DNA of 64,000 bases from an uncultured bacterium (GCA_964525555.1 CAZGHN010000003.1:160-64159); one strand, 5' to 3'. Shown: positions 44,208 to 53,917, numbered from the stretch's first letter. Numbers and translations are program-made. The notes: generated by a model not told the origin, from the sequence alone.

Positions 44208-44888
44208 ATGACTGAGCAATTAAAGTTGCTTATTAGTGGGTTTTGTTTGCTTCTAATGCTTAATGGCTGTTTTAAACCGAAGCATTTTGATAGCTATTAC
44301 TGGCAGCTTGATAGTTTAAGATATTATACCAGAAAGCAATTAAAGGAAATGAATCAGCTGCGGGTCGATTTGTATACCAAAACGGGAGAAATGGCCGAGA
44401 AGATAGAGATGTTGAATACGCGTTTGAACGAATCCGAAGCGCTGTTAACACAGATAAACGAAAAAATTGCTAAAGGAAAAAAGACCGCCGATGAATCCGA
44501 GGAAGCTTCTTCGGTAAGTCCTGAGGCAAGGATGATATATGAATCTGCCTATCTAAATTATGTAAAAGGCAATTACAGTGAATCGATAGATGGATTCAAC
44601 TCTTATATTAAGATTTCGCCTGATTCTCCTCTTTCTGATAATGCTTTATACTGGGTTGGTGAATGCAACTATGCAATGGGAAAGAGGCAGGCTGCGGTCG
44701 ATATATTTAACGAATTGGTGAACAAATATCCCGAGAGTAATAAAAAGCCAACTTCATTATATAAAATCGGTATTATATATGAAGAAGCCAAGGAATTAAA
44801 GATTGCTAAGAAGTATTTTGAACGAGTGATCAAAGAGTTTCCTAATTCACCCGAGGCAGGACTTGCAGAGAACAGATTGAATCAATGA
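44208..44888 (+). CDS. cpoB: Tol-Pal system protein YbgF/CpoB (coiled coil plus TPR)
   Basis: N-terminal coiled coil, then C-terminal TPR-like repeats (YESAYLNYVKGNYSESIDGFNSYI..ALYWVGECNYAMGK..SLYKIGIIYEE). Confidence 0.6.
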   Translation: MTEQLKLLISGFCLLLMLNGCFKPKHFDSYYWQLDSLRYYTRKQLKEMNQLRVDLYTKTGEMAEKIEMLNTRLNESEALLTQINEKIAKGKKTADESEEASSVSPEARMIYESAYLNYVKGNYSESIDGFNSYIKISPDSPLSDNALYWVGECNYAMGKRQAAVDIFNELVNKYPESNKKPTSLYKIGIIYEEAKELKIAKKYFERVIKEFPNSPEAGLAENRLNQ

Positions 44889-45547
44889 ACATTTTCAGGG
44901 TTTTTATCGAGTCAGGTCTTATAGCCCAGTTTATAATGGTTGTCCTGGTATTCTTTTCTATATGGTCCTGGGCCATATTCTTCAAAAAATTGCGTGATTT
45001 AAGACATGTCAAGAAAAAAAGTCAGGCTTTTTTAACAAATTTTGAATTTCAGAGAAATATCAAAGAGATTGGAAATTTCGGATATATGTTGAGTGATAAC
45101 CCTTTCGGTAGAATCTTAAAAAGCGGGTTTGATGAATTCAAATTTCTTAAAAGAGATGCAAACGTTAAGAAGATTGCACTGGCCGACAATATAAAACTGG
45201 CTATGGATAGGACAAAATCAACTGAGATAGAAACCCTTGAAAATGATTTACCCATTCTGGGCACTATTGTTGCCGCCAGCCCGTTTTTAGGGCTCTTAGG
45301 AACCGTATGGGGTATTATGGAAGCCTTTTTAGAAATAAGGGCGCGTGGTTCGGCACATATAACTGTTGTTGCTCCGGGTATCTCGGATGCTTTGATTACT
45401 ACCGTATATGGTCTAATTGTCGCAATTCCGGCGCTTATTTTCAACAATCTTTTGCGCAGTCGTATAATGAAAATTGATTCCCAACTTGATAAATTTATAA
45501 GTGAGGCATTTGCCAATCTAAAAAGGGAATTGGTTGAAACCGAATAG
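44885..45547 (+). CDS. tolQ: MotA/TolQ/ExbB proton channel protein
   Basis: LPILGTIVAASPFLGLLGTVWGIM..GISDALITTVYGLIVAIPA blocks. Confidence 0.8.
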   Translation: MNIFRVFIESGLIAQFIMVVLVFFSIWSWAIFFKKLRDLRHVKKKSQAFLTNFEFQRNIKEIGNFGYMLSDNPFGRILKSGFDEFKFLKRDANVKKIALADNIKLAMDRTKSTEIETLENDLPILGTIVAASPFLGLLGTVWGIMEAFLEIRARGSAHITVVAPGISDALITTVYGLIVAIPALIFNNLLRSRIMKIDSQLDKFISEAFANLKRELVETE

Positions 45548-45941
45548 AGATAGGGGTTTAATTCAGGACATAAATATCACAAACCTCGTGGATGTTGCGT
45601 TGACGATTCTGGTTGTTTTCATTATTACGGCCCCCATGATGACACCCGGCATAGATGTAAATTTGCCCAGTACCGATGCTTCGCTACCTCACGATGAAGA
45701 AGGAATAAAGGTGACGCTTAAGGCTGGCAAGATTGTGTTTATAGAGAATGAAAAAATCGATTTGGGAAAGTTCGAATCGAGTTTAAAAGAGATTCTTAAG
45801 AAAAAACCACCTGGGGTGACTGTTTATCTTAGAGCCGATAGAGGACTTGAATATGGTTTTGTTGTAGAAATAGTTGGGAAGATGAGAAAGGCAGGTGTGA
45901 AAGAGCTGGGTCTGGTCGCAGAATTTTCATCCGGAAAATGA
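45534..45941 (+). CDS. tolR: ExbD/TolR family protein
   Basis: INITNLVDVALTILVVFIITAPM.. plus a periplasmic domain (VYLRADRGLEYGFVVEIVGKMRKAGV). Confidence 0.8.
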   Translation: MKPNRDRGLIQDINITNLVDVALTILVVFIITAPMMTPGIDVNLPSTDASLPHDEEGIKVTLKAGKIVFIENEKIDLGKFESSLKEILKKKPPGVTVYLRADRGLEYGFVVEIVGKMRKAGVKELGLVAEFSSGK

Positions 45942-46516
45942 ACCGTTTTTATTTATTTTCATTTTTACTTCATATCGCACTGTTTTCTACTCTTGGAATT
46001 ACCACAAAGAGTAGTTTCAGGAAAATACCCCAAATCGAGGTTTACAAGGTAAGTATCGCTCCGCTTCCACAGCCAAAGGTTTCTGGGAGGGTAAACGCTA
46101 GACCCAAACCGCAGGAGAAGAAAAGTGCAGAAAAATCAGTGCCGAAAGCAAAGAAAAAACCAACCAGGAGAAAAAGATTGCCAGACGGTTTGCCCGATAT
46201 TACGCCTGAAATTTATACAGGTAGTGGTAGGGGATTCAATTATTCTTATTACTTGAATATTCTCTTAAGTAAAATCGGTCAAAACTGGAATAATCCGTAT
46301 AGAAACAAAGATGTATTTTTGAGGAGTATCGTATATTTTGAGGTTGATGAGAGTGGTCTTATTTCCAATATACGTATTGAAGTTGATTCTGGTGATGAAA
46401 TATATAATGAATCTACTATTCGAGCTGTGGCTATCACTAAAAAATTGCCGCCTCTGCCAGAGGAGTTTTCTGATGACTATCTAAAAGTTCACTTGGAGTT
46501 TTTAACCGCCCGATGA
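45938..46516 (+). CDS. TolA/TonB-like energy transducer
   Basis: N-terminal TM, a Pro/Lys-rich linker (PLPQPKVSGRVNARPKPQEKK..KKKPTRRKR), and a TonB_C-like C-terminus. Confidence 0.55.
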   Translation: MNRFYLFSFLLHIALFSTLGITTKSSFRKIPQIEVYKVSIAPLPQPKVSGRVNARPKPQEKKSAEKSVPKAKKKPTRRKRLPDGLPDITPEIYTGSGRGFNYSYYLNILLSKIGQNWNNPYRNKDVFLRSIVYFEVDESGLISNIRIEVDSGDEIYNESTIRAVAITKKLPPLPEEFSDDYLKVHLEFLTAR

Positions 46517-47772
46517 GAAAAACTTTTTTAATCAATAAACTTACTTTTTTGAAAATATTACTTATTTTTGCTATTCCGTCCAAAATGGTTTTCGGTCAAG
46601 ATGTTTTCTTAAGACTTACTGATTACGCGGGAGGTAAAATTAATCTGGTGCTTGACTCCCTCGAAATTCAGGGTACACCTAAATTTATAAGAAATGTTAA
46701 TAGGATCAATAGAATAATAAAATCTGATTTGGATTATTCTTTATATTTTGAAATTTATTCCGATACTACGTTTTTGAACGGGAATCCTAAAAAGAGCGGG
46801 GTTTTGCTTAAAGTATCGGGAAGCGAACCAAATTTGATTATTAGTTTGCAGGATTTCAAGTCTAAAGAGAAGATTGGCGATTTGAGTTTGCAGGTTTCCG
46901 GAAATCTGCGAAGTTTTGCCCATCAAGTTTCGAATCAGGTTATCGAAATTCTTACGGGAGAGAAAGGTATCGCCTCGACAAAAATAGTTTTTTCTTATCT
47001 GAAAGACAATAAAAAGCAATTGGGACTGATCGATTATGACGGTTATAATTTTAGAAAGCTTACTGATAATGACAATTACAATCTCTTTCCCTGCTGGGGC
47101 AGCGACGGTAAAAGGGTTTTATATTCCAGCTACGGTGTTGACCGTTTGGTTTTGAATTTATTTGATCTTTCTAATGGAAGTTCCAGAGCTATATTTTCTT
47201 ACAAGGGACTAAATTTTGCTCCGGATTACGCACCCGACGGTACAATGATTGCTCTTACAATGTCTAAAGACGGTAATACAGAGATTTATATTCTGGATTT
47301 GGAGGCAAAGAAATTAAACCGTTTGACAAGGAATTGGGCGATCGATTGTTCTCCGGTTTTTTCGCCGAATGGGAGAGAGATTGCTTTCGTTTCAGACCGC
47401 GGCGGTATGCCCCAGATTTATATTATGGATATATATGGCGGTAACCTGCGGAGACTTACCTTTCATGGTGATTATAATACTTCACCGGCCTGGTCTCCGA
47501 AGGGAAGTTTGATTGCTTATGTTTCGCGTACGGAGGATAACTCCCAGCAAATCTGTGTTACCGATCCTTATGATTTTCAGCCCACACAGGTAACCTTTGA
47601 AGGTAATAACGAAGAACCTTCATGGTCTCCTGACGGTTTACATATAACTTTTATGTCCAACCGCTCCGGCTGGTATGAATTATGGACAATGAACTGGGAT
47701 GGTACCAGGCAGAGAAAACTTACGCTTGGGAAAGTCGCCTTTTCCCCCGACTGGTCACCGTACTTAGAGTAG
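46513..47772 (+). CDS. tolB: TolB beta-propeller protein
   Basis: N-terminal TolB-like domain followed by repeated ..SPDG/SPNG/SPKG.. propeller blades. Confidence 0.8.
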   Translation: MRKTFLINKLTFLKILLIFAIPSKMVFGQDVFLRLTDYAGGKINLVLDSLEIQGTPKFIRNVNRINRIIKSDLDYSLYFEIYSDTTFLNGNPKKSGVLLKVSGSEPNLIISLQDFKSKEKIGDLSLQVSGNLRSFAHQVSNQVIEILTGEKGIASTKIVFSYLKDNKKQLGLIDYDGYNFRKLTDNDNYNLFPCWGSDGKRVLYSSYGVDRLVLNLFDLSNGSSRAIFSYKGLNFAPDYAPDGTMIALTMSKDGNTEIYILDLEAKKLNRLTRNWAIDCSPVFSPNGREIAFVSDRGGMPQIYIMDIYGGNLRRLTFHGDYNTSPAWSPKGSLIAYVSRTEDNSQQICVTDPYDFQPTQVTFEGNNEEPSWSPDGLHITFMSNRSGWYELWTMNWDGTRQRKLTLGKVAFSPDWSPYLE

Positions 47773-47839
47773 AAAACGAATAGATTTGTTTCTTTAAATA
47801 GTAGTTAAATCATTATTGATGTAATTTCGTTTTGCGGAG

Positions 47840-47987
47840 AAATTAAATATTAAAAATTAAAAATTAAAATGACATATATAAATGTAAAATTATTTCACAA
47901 CCCATAAATTTGTATAACTTTTTTGTAATTCTTTTTTGAATTTTGATCTGTATTTTTACATTTTGATATTTGATTTTTTAATTTTTG
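47840..47987. repeat. AT-rich stutter repeat with inverted arms
   Basis: Left arm aaattaaatattaaaaattaaaaattaaaatgacatatataaatgtaaaatt. Right arm gaattttgatctgtatttttacattttgatatttgattttttaatttttg. The word ttttgatatttgattt is shared with 13345-13360. Confidence 0.6.
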
Positions 47988-47992
47988 AAAAT

Positions 47993-48025
47993 AAAAACCC
48001 CTACTCGAACTGAGTAGGGGTTTTT
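47993..48025. terminator. bidirectional rho-independent terminator
   Basis: aaaaa-cccctactc-gaact-gagtagggg-ttttt lies between the convergent tolB and OMP genes. Confidence 0.8.
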
Positions 48026-48044
48026 ATTTAAGACTATATTGTTC

Positions 48045-49730
48045 TTAGTATATATTAATCGTTGCTGAAAGTTTTAAGGACCTGAGCCAATCTGTCGACA
48101 GTAATTCTACGCCTGATACATCAAACATACCTATAAGATCGAGAGACAGATTTGGTGAAGGTTTCCATCCAAGTCCGTATGTATAATATACATCCGTCAT
48201 AGTGGTTTTCGTATCCATTTCCATATCGGTGTATCCCAGATCGTTGGCAACGGTTGTTGTACTTGAACCATCTCCACGATCAACGACGGTGGTATACGGT
48301 GCTATGGAATCAACTGTGGTTGTCATATTCATTTCTGTTTTTGATCCCATTGCGAGAGCTCCGAGTCTCATGAACCAGTCTTTATTTTTGCCGAAATTCA
48401 CTTCGACTCCTGCAGGAATGGCAATTCTGTTTGCCGACATTTCTGCGTTGATTGTCAAGTCGGTATCTTCTCCGTTTACCGTTAAATCATAGTCAAAAAA
48501 GTCATTTACGCCGTTGTCGTTATCAAAGGTCGAAAATACATCCAATCTTTCTGCCATATCTATTTCGAATGAAGCACTCATAGAATTAACCATGCAGCCT
48601 AGTCCAAAGCGTACGTTTTCGCTTATCTGCCATTCAATTCTTCCGTTTACGCCCATGGAATTACCGGATGGGGATACTGTACCTGTCATACTGTTTGTAT
48701 ACGTACTATCGAGAACCGATATTTGGTTAACAACGAATTCATCCTGACTTATGGAGTGAACACGTTCCGTTACATCCACGTCGCCGCTTCCGAATATCAT
48801 GGCGAAATTTCCGCCAAGTTCCCATAGCAAACCGGTTTGTTCGTTCAAATCGCTTAATCTAAGACCAATGCCTGCCATGTTGGCTTTTACGGAAATGTCC
48901 ATATTTCCTGCGAATGAATCCAGTTGTTCAAATGTGATGGCCGGGTCCATAGGGAATTCATCTTCCCAGAAGCGTGCATATACTTCTTCGAGCATGTTTA
49001 CGCCGCCCATCATTAAGAAAGCGTCTCCTCTTAATTTCCAGTTTCTGAAAGGCATGGTATAAGAAAGTGCATATTCGCTTATAGGAGCTGACAATTCCAT
49101 GCTTGCATCTGCGACTGTATCCCATACTTCATCAGTTTCCGTATTGTCAAGATCTTCCTCTATATAATATGCCGAATCGAAGTATGCTTGTTTCATTGTA
49201 TATCCAATACGTTTATAAGTCAAAGCGACTTGTGACTCTTCGTTTAGTTGTTTTCCGATATTGAGTAGAATCGTGTTTCCTGATTCTTCTCCACTTTCGG
49301 ATCCCTTTGTGTGATAAAAATAACTCATATCGAATTCATCATCAGCGTCAATGTTCCACTCGTAAGTTTCCATGTCTTCTTCGGTATCGGATTCGTTATA
49401 ATTTCCGTTACCGTAAAATATGGTAGCTTTCCAGCCTCTATAGATCGGGCTTGTAGCACCAATCGCCAATACGTCGGCAGAATTCATGTTATTCCCCTGG
49501 GTTTCTTGACCTGATACGATGTTGCTCAGATTCGTGTATATTCGAGCGCCATCTACGTAAAAAATATCAGTTCCGTCTATGGCGTTATCGAGATCGTCTT
49601 CGATAGTCGCGGTGGCTTGATGTCTGAATGATTCAAGGTTGAGTAAATCAACATCTAGTGGTAGCCAAACTTGTGCTGAGATGCCCTGTACTAAAAACAA
49701 GGCAAACAACAACAGTACTAACTTTTTCAT
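48045..49730 (-). CDS. secreted acidic outer-membrane beta-barrel-like protein, unknown family
   Basis: Signal peptide MKKLVLLLFALFLVQGISAQ, alternating-hydrophobicity strands, and a C-terminal ..LKLSATINIY ending in an aromatic residue. Confidence 0.5.
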   Translation of the reverse strand: MKKLVLLLFALFLVQGISAQVWLPLDVDLLNLESFRHQATATIEDDLDNAIDGTDIFYVDGARIYTNLSNIVSGQETQGNNMNSADVLAIGATSPIYRGWKATIFYGNGNYNESDTEEDMETYEWNIDADDEFDMSYFYHTKGSESGEESGNTILLNIGKQLNEESQVALTYKRIGYTMKQAYFDSAYYIEEDLDNTETDEVWDTVADASMELSAPISEYALSYTMPFRNWKLRGDAFLMMGGVNMLEEVYARFWEDEFPMDPAITFEQLDSFAGNMDISVKANMAGIGLRLSDLNEQTGLLWELGGNFAMIFGSGDVDVTERVHSISQDEFVVNQISVLDSTYTNSMTGTVSPSGNSMGVNGRIEWQISENVRFGLGCMVNSMSASFEIDMAERLDVFSTFDNDNGVNDFFDYDLTVNGEDTDLTINAEMSANRIAIPAGVEVNFGKNKDWFMRLGALAMGSKTEMNMTTTVDSIAPYTTVVDRGDGSSTTTVANDLGYTDMEMDTKTTMTDVYYTYGLGWKPSPNLSLDLIGMFDVSGVELLSTDWLRSLKLSATINIY

Positions 49731-50088
49731 AAGACCTCCTTATGAGTTTGTTTTTTAACTTTCCCCAAATTCTTTTCTAAATCATGCCTTTTACATGTGT
49801 ATCCATGTAGTTGACCTAAAAAATAAGTTATTTTTTTATTTTGTCAATACCCTTTTTGGTTATTTTAGTACCCATAATGGCTTGAAATGCTTACAGCAAA
49901 AGGTTTATGTTAATATCTAAAAAAGTTTAAATTCGTGCTATTTTTGCGAGTTTTACGTTATTTTTTGGTTTTTGTATTGAGAAATAGTTAAATAGTAAAA
50001 AAAGAAACGACAATTCCTACATTTTCTACATGTGAATAATAGTGTTGTATTGTGGGTTTTAAACAACGAAATGTATTTTTTGTTTCTT

Positions 50089-50113
50089 TCTCTGTGTCTT
50101 TGTGTCTCTGTGG
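50089..50113. repeat. stutter run (ctctgtg word family)
   Basis: tctctgtgtctttgtgtctctgtgg uses the same word family as 16592-16721. The reverse-complement style (ccacaaagg...) is seen at 36328-36352. Confidence 0.65.
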
Positions 50114-50124
50114 CGATATAATAG

Positions 50125-50208
50125 ATTCTTCGAATCAGTTGAATCGTTGAATAGAAAAATAGTTGAATTGTTTCCCATTTCCCAATTTCCCCATTTTTCA
50201 ATTTTTCT
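50125..50208 (-). repeat. ~85-nt dispersed intergenic module, copy B (inverted relative to 2572-2657)
   Basis: The reverse complement reads agaaaaattgaaaaatggggaaattgggaaatgggaaacaattcaactatttttctattcaacgattcaactgattcgaagaat. Confidence 0.8.
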
Positions 50209-50373
50209 GATTTGTTCTTCGTGTCTTCGTGGATGTTATTTCGTTAAAATAAAATTAAAATAAGGGGTTGACAAATCAGGTTAGGCGCATAACATATAAG
50301 CATATTTAGTGATTTAAATCACAAAATAACTTTTATAGTAAAATTTGTAGTAAAACTAAGATTATAAAAAATA

Positions 50374-51444
50374 ATGAATACATATTTTTTAAGTGAAGCA
50401 AAAATAAAAGATTTGATGTATGTCCTATCGGGATATGGCAAAATATTCGCCTCTCGAGAGGGGGAAGTTGCTTCAAACCGGAATTCTATTTCTCGAATAT
50501 TTATAAATGAGCTGGATGAGGATTCTATTTCCGGTTATCGTGTTCCCGGATTCAGGGCTTTCGATAATTTTAAGTCCTTCGTTCTGCCTGCAAGGTTGAA
50601 AGTTGCCGATTACCCGAGTGTGAATGGGGCTGATGTTAAGGAGAATAGAAATAAGAAAGTTCTTGTTGGCGTTAAGGCCTGTGATCTTGCGTCTTTTGCT
50701 ATAATTGACAAAGTCTTCCTCGAAGATGGGGATTTTGTAGATCCTTTCTACAAAAACAGGAGGCAGTCTTTAGTTCTGGTTTCTTCGGATTGCACTTATT
50801 CCCTCGATACTTGTTTTTGTAATCTTATGGGGTATTCCCCCTATCCGAAAGAAGGATTTGATATAAACTTGTCTGAGATTAAAGGCGGTTATGTAATCGA
50901 GAGTGGGAGTGGCGTGGGTAATAAGATTCTGAAAGATTTATCCCTTCCTGAAGCTAAAGAGAATCAAATTTCGGAAAGGAATAAATTGAGGAAAAAAGTA
51001 CTGGATGAATTGGAAAAGAAAAACGCTAGTTTTGTGAAGGCTTTTTCTAAGCTCGAAGTACTTGCTTCTAAGGTTTTTGATTCGGATTCTGGATGGGAGC
51101 TCGGCAGTACTTGTGTTTCTTGTGGCGCATGTACAAATGTTTGCCCGGTTTGTTATTGTTTTAGCCTTTTCGACAGGGAAGGAAATAAGAAAGAGCAATA
51201 TAAAAGATTCATGGTATGGGATTCCTGCCAGTTTAAAGGTTTTTCGCAGATGGCCGGCGGTATGAATCCGCGGTTTTCGCACATGAATCATTTTAAAAAC
51301 AGATTTTATCATAAATTTTTCCGTTTTTTTAAGATATATAAAACTTATAAATGTACCGGATGCGGACGGTGTATCGATAATTGTCTTGGGGATATAGATA
51401 TGAGGGAAGTTTTTTCCGGGGCTCTTTCTGGTAAGGGGAAATAG
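50374..51444 (+). CDS. AsrA / sulfhydrogenase-beta (HydB)-like iron-sulfur subunit
   Basis: VLVGVKACDLASFAIIDKVF block and two ferredoxin-type motifs, CVSCGACTNVCPVCYC and CTGCGRCIDNC; 356 aa. Confidence 0.6.
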   Translation: MNTYFLSEAKIKDLMYVLSGYGKIFASREGEVASNRNSISRIFINELDEDSISGYRVPGFRAFDNFKSFVLPARLKVADYPSVNGADVKENRNKKVLVGVKACDLASFAIIDKVFLEDGDFVDPFYKNRRQSLVLVSSDCTYSLDTCFCNLMGYSPYPKEGFDINLSEIKGGYVIESGSGVGNKILKDLSLPEAKENQISERNKLRKKVLDELEKKNASFVKAFSKLEVLASKVFDSDSGWELGSTCVSCGACTNVCPVCYCFSLFDREGNKKEQYKRFMVWDSCQFKGFSQMAGGMNPRFSHMNHFKNRFYHKFFRFFKIYKTYKCTGCGRCIDNCLGDIDMREVFSGALSGKGK

Positions 51445-52278
51445 ATGGAAAACATATACTATCCATTTCAGGCGACATTAAAGAGTGTAAAGGAAGAGAC
51501 TTCGACGATTAAGACTTATGGGCTTAAGTTGAATAAAAAATTAGCCTTTAAAGCCGGACAATTTATGCAGCTTACTGTGCCCGGCGTAGGTGAAGCTCCA
51601 TTTACACCTTCTTCGGTTCCCGGTGATGTCAAGGAGATGGATATTACAATCATGAAAACGGGGAGAGTTACGGACGTGCTGCATGAAAAGGTTAAGGTAG
51701 GGGATTCTCTCGCTCTTCGTGGTCCTTTTGGAAAGGGCTATCCTTTGGATAGGTTTTCCGGGAAAGAAATCTTGATTGTCGGTGGTGGTGTTGGCCTTGC
51801 TCCTCTTCGTTCGCTCATTTATGCTTTATTTGAAAGACTGGATAAAGTTAAGAAAATTCATATTTGTTATGGGGCAAAGAGTCCTTTGGATCAGTGTTTT
51901 AAAGATGAATATAAAGGATGGGAAGATAAGAAAAAAGTTTCCGTTAATTTGACTATAGATAAAGCTCATTCTGATTGGAAGGGAAATGTGGGTCTTGTAA
52001 CCTGTCTCTTGGAGAAGAACTACCTTAAAAAGATTGGTGTTGATATCGCAAACGCATATGCGGTTTCTTGTGGTCCGGAAGTTATGTTAAAATTTGTAAC
52101 GTTCAAGTTGCTGGATGTTGGTTTTAAACCGGAGCAAATTTATCTTTCTATGAACAGGCGTATGAGCTGTGGTGTTGGAAAATGTGCGAGGTGTAACATT
52201 GGGCCTTATTACCTCTGCAAGGATGGGCCCGATATGTGTTACGCAGATATAAAGGATTATCCGAATGTCTTCGGTTGA
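51445..52278 (+). CDS. AsrB / HydG / PyrK-like FAD-NAD(P)-binding subunit with C-terminal [2Fe-2S] motif
   Basis: GQFMQLTVPGVGEAPFTPSS, ILIVGGGVGLAPLRSL and MSCGVGKCARCNIGPYYLCKDGP. The start abuts the upstream stop. Confidence 0.7.
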   Translation: MENIYYPFQATLKSVKEETSTIKTYGLKLNKKLAFKAGQFMQLTVPGVGEAPFTPSSVPGDVKEMDITIMKTGRVTDVLHEKVKVGDSLALRGPFGKGYPLDRFSGKEILIVGGGVGLAPLRSLIYALFERLDKVKKIHICYGAKSPLDQCFKDEYKGWEDKKKVSVNLTIDKAHSDWKGNVGLVTCLLEKNYLKKIGVDIANAYAVSCGPEVMLKFVTFKLLDVGFKPEQIYLSMNRRMSCGVGKCARCNIGPYYLCKDGPDMCYADIKDYPNVFG

Positions 52279-53917
52279 GGAATATAGGACTAAGTGTACG
52301 TTCTGTAGTGTTCAGGACGATATTATCTTAAAGAGACAATCTTCTAAAGCGGCATTGTTCGGGAAGGATTCTCAATTTAAGCTTTATTATGACGAAAAAA
52401 GCAAAAGAGGCTTGTGTCCGAGGGGAAACTTCACTCTTGAAATCTTAAATTCTCCTTATCGTCTGAGACAGGCAGAACTTTTCGGTAAAAATTGCTCCGT
52501 AGATGAAGCTATAGAAGGTTGTGTCCCGGAACTAAAAAGAATTATCAAGAAAAAAAATAATATCGCGATTTTGATTAGCGGCAATCATACACTTGAAGAA
52601 GCATATCTTGCAAAGGCTCTTTCTGAAGAGTTAAATACGGAACTTCTGGGTCTTTTTCCGTTTGAGGATGAAGCGTTGCTATCCGTTAAAAATGGATTTT
52701 CTTTTAACGGTTTAGGTGAATCTGATCTTATTGTTGCCGTCGGAGATGTTTTTTCTCTTTCTCCTACTCTTGCGAAAAGTATACTCGATGCACGTAACAA
52801 GAGCAGGGGTAACCGTTTGATTTCTTTCGATATTTTAAAGGGTAGGGTCTCTCTTTTTGCGGAACATTTTAATGTTAATCCCGGTAATACGGCTTATTTT
52901 CTTTCATGTCTTCTTTCATATCTTGAAGGTAAAAATGTGAAATTAGATGAATCCTCCACAGGGATTTCTTCTGTGCAGATGAAGATTGTTGCAGATGCTT
53001 TAAAAGAATCTAAAAAAGGACAAATACTTTTTTCAAATATTTACGGACATTTTGAAAATCCTTATACAATTATAAGCAGACTTTCTGCTATTTCGGAAAT
53101 CACTGAAAATAAGTTTGCCGTTATTCCTGTGGGGCAAAATTCTCTTGGAGTTGGTAGAATCGTTGGAGGATTTAACAACAAGAATATTATTGATTCTCTC
53201 AAAAATAAAAAAGTAGAAGGTCTTATAGTGCTAGGAGGAGATCCGTTTGAATTTGTTCCGAATTTTGCGGATACGTTTGAATATTTGAATTTTGTTTTAT
53301 CTACGGTTTCCTTTAAAGGCTTGAACTCAACTGAGTGTATAATTCCTACGACTTTTTCTTTTGAGAAAAGCGGGTCTTTTGTTTCGTTGGAAGAAAAAAT
53401 CGTGAATTTGGGTGAACCTGTTTCTACGGTCGGAGATGCGATATCCGATGGGGATTTTATAAGTAAGCTAATTTTGAAGGTTACGAAAAACAAACCCAAA
53501 GCTAAGGTTTCCGGAGCAAAGGTGCTTCCTTTTAAGGAAACGAGTAGTAAAGAGCCTGTTTACTTGACTACAGGTAAGTTTCCCTATATTCTAGTTGGTA
53601 TTGGGATGCCTTTTCATCATGGTAGGGGAGAGGTTACCAGAAAGGTAAAATGGAATGAGCAAAATAAAGAACCTTTTGTATTTATTAATCCGGAAAAGAT
53701 AAAAGAGCTTTCACTTGGTTCCGAAATAATAATTGAAACCACTAATGGCTCTTCAGTTTTTAAAATTGGAGAATGTAGTGATTTGCCTTTTGATATACCT
53801 GAAGATGTGATAGCTGTACCTGTACATTATCCGCAGAGTAGGAAATTATTCGCAGGCGGTTCTGATGCCGACGGTATTATGTCTTCGGGAGCAGTCAGAG
53901 CGAGGATAAAGAAATGA
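52265..53917 (+). CDS. molybdopterin-oxidoreductase (MopB/formate dehydrogenase alpha)-like subunit, apparently degenerate
   Basis: Hand alignment to the E. coli FdhH pattern. The N-terminal cluster motif is C11-x2-C14-x3-D18...C51 (Asp in place of the third Cys). The Sec/Cys-His active-site position reads FPFEDE. The MGD-domain block DLIVAVGDVFSLSP and the C-terminal beta-barrel domain are retained. 550 aa. Confidence 0.6.
   Translation: MSSVEEYRTKCTFCSVQDDIILKRQSSKAALFGKDSQFKLYYDEKSKRGLCPRGNFTLEILNSPYRLRQAELFGKNCSVDEAIEGCVPELKRIIKKKNNIAILISGNHTLEEAYLAKALSEELNTELLGLFPFEDEALLSVKNGFSFNGLGESDLIVAVGDVFSLSPTLAKSILDARNKSRGNRLISFDILKGRVSLFAEHFNVNPGNTAYFLSCLLSYLEGKNVKLDESSTGISSVQMKIVADALKESKKGQILFSNIYGHFENPYTIISRLSAISEITENKFAVIPVGQNSLGVGRIVGGFNNKNIIDSLKNKKVEGLIVLGGDPFEFVPNFADTFEYLNFVLSTVSFKGLNSTECIIPTTFSFEKSGSFVSLEEKIVNLGEPVSTVGDAISDGDFISKLILKVTKNKPKAKVSGAKVLPFKETSSKEPVYLTTGKFPYILVGIGMPFHHGRGEVTRKVKWNEQNKEPFVFINPEKIKELSLGSEIIIETTNGSSVFKIGECSDLPFDIPEDVIAVPVHYPQSRKLFAGGSDADGIMSSGAVRARIKK

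Noticed and set aside
2400-50240. Stutter runs considered as CRISPR arrays
   Set aside because: There is no constant 25-40 nt repeat alternating with unique spacers. The units are 6-9 nt and mutate continuously. No cas genes are in the window.
50267-50299. A promoter call for the hydrogenase operon at TTGACA 50267-50272
   Set aside because: No acceptable -10 hexamer sits at 16-18 nt spacing (aacata or acatat). It is too weak to list as a feature.
52265-53917. Annotating this gene as a catalytic formate dehydrogenase alpha subunit, and hence the operon as a classical formate hydrogenlyase
   Set aside because: No Sec (in-frame TGA) or Cys-His sits at the aligned active-site position. One cluster Cys is replaced by Asp and the protein is short. 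It is treated as MopB-like and degenerate.
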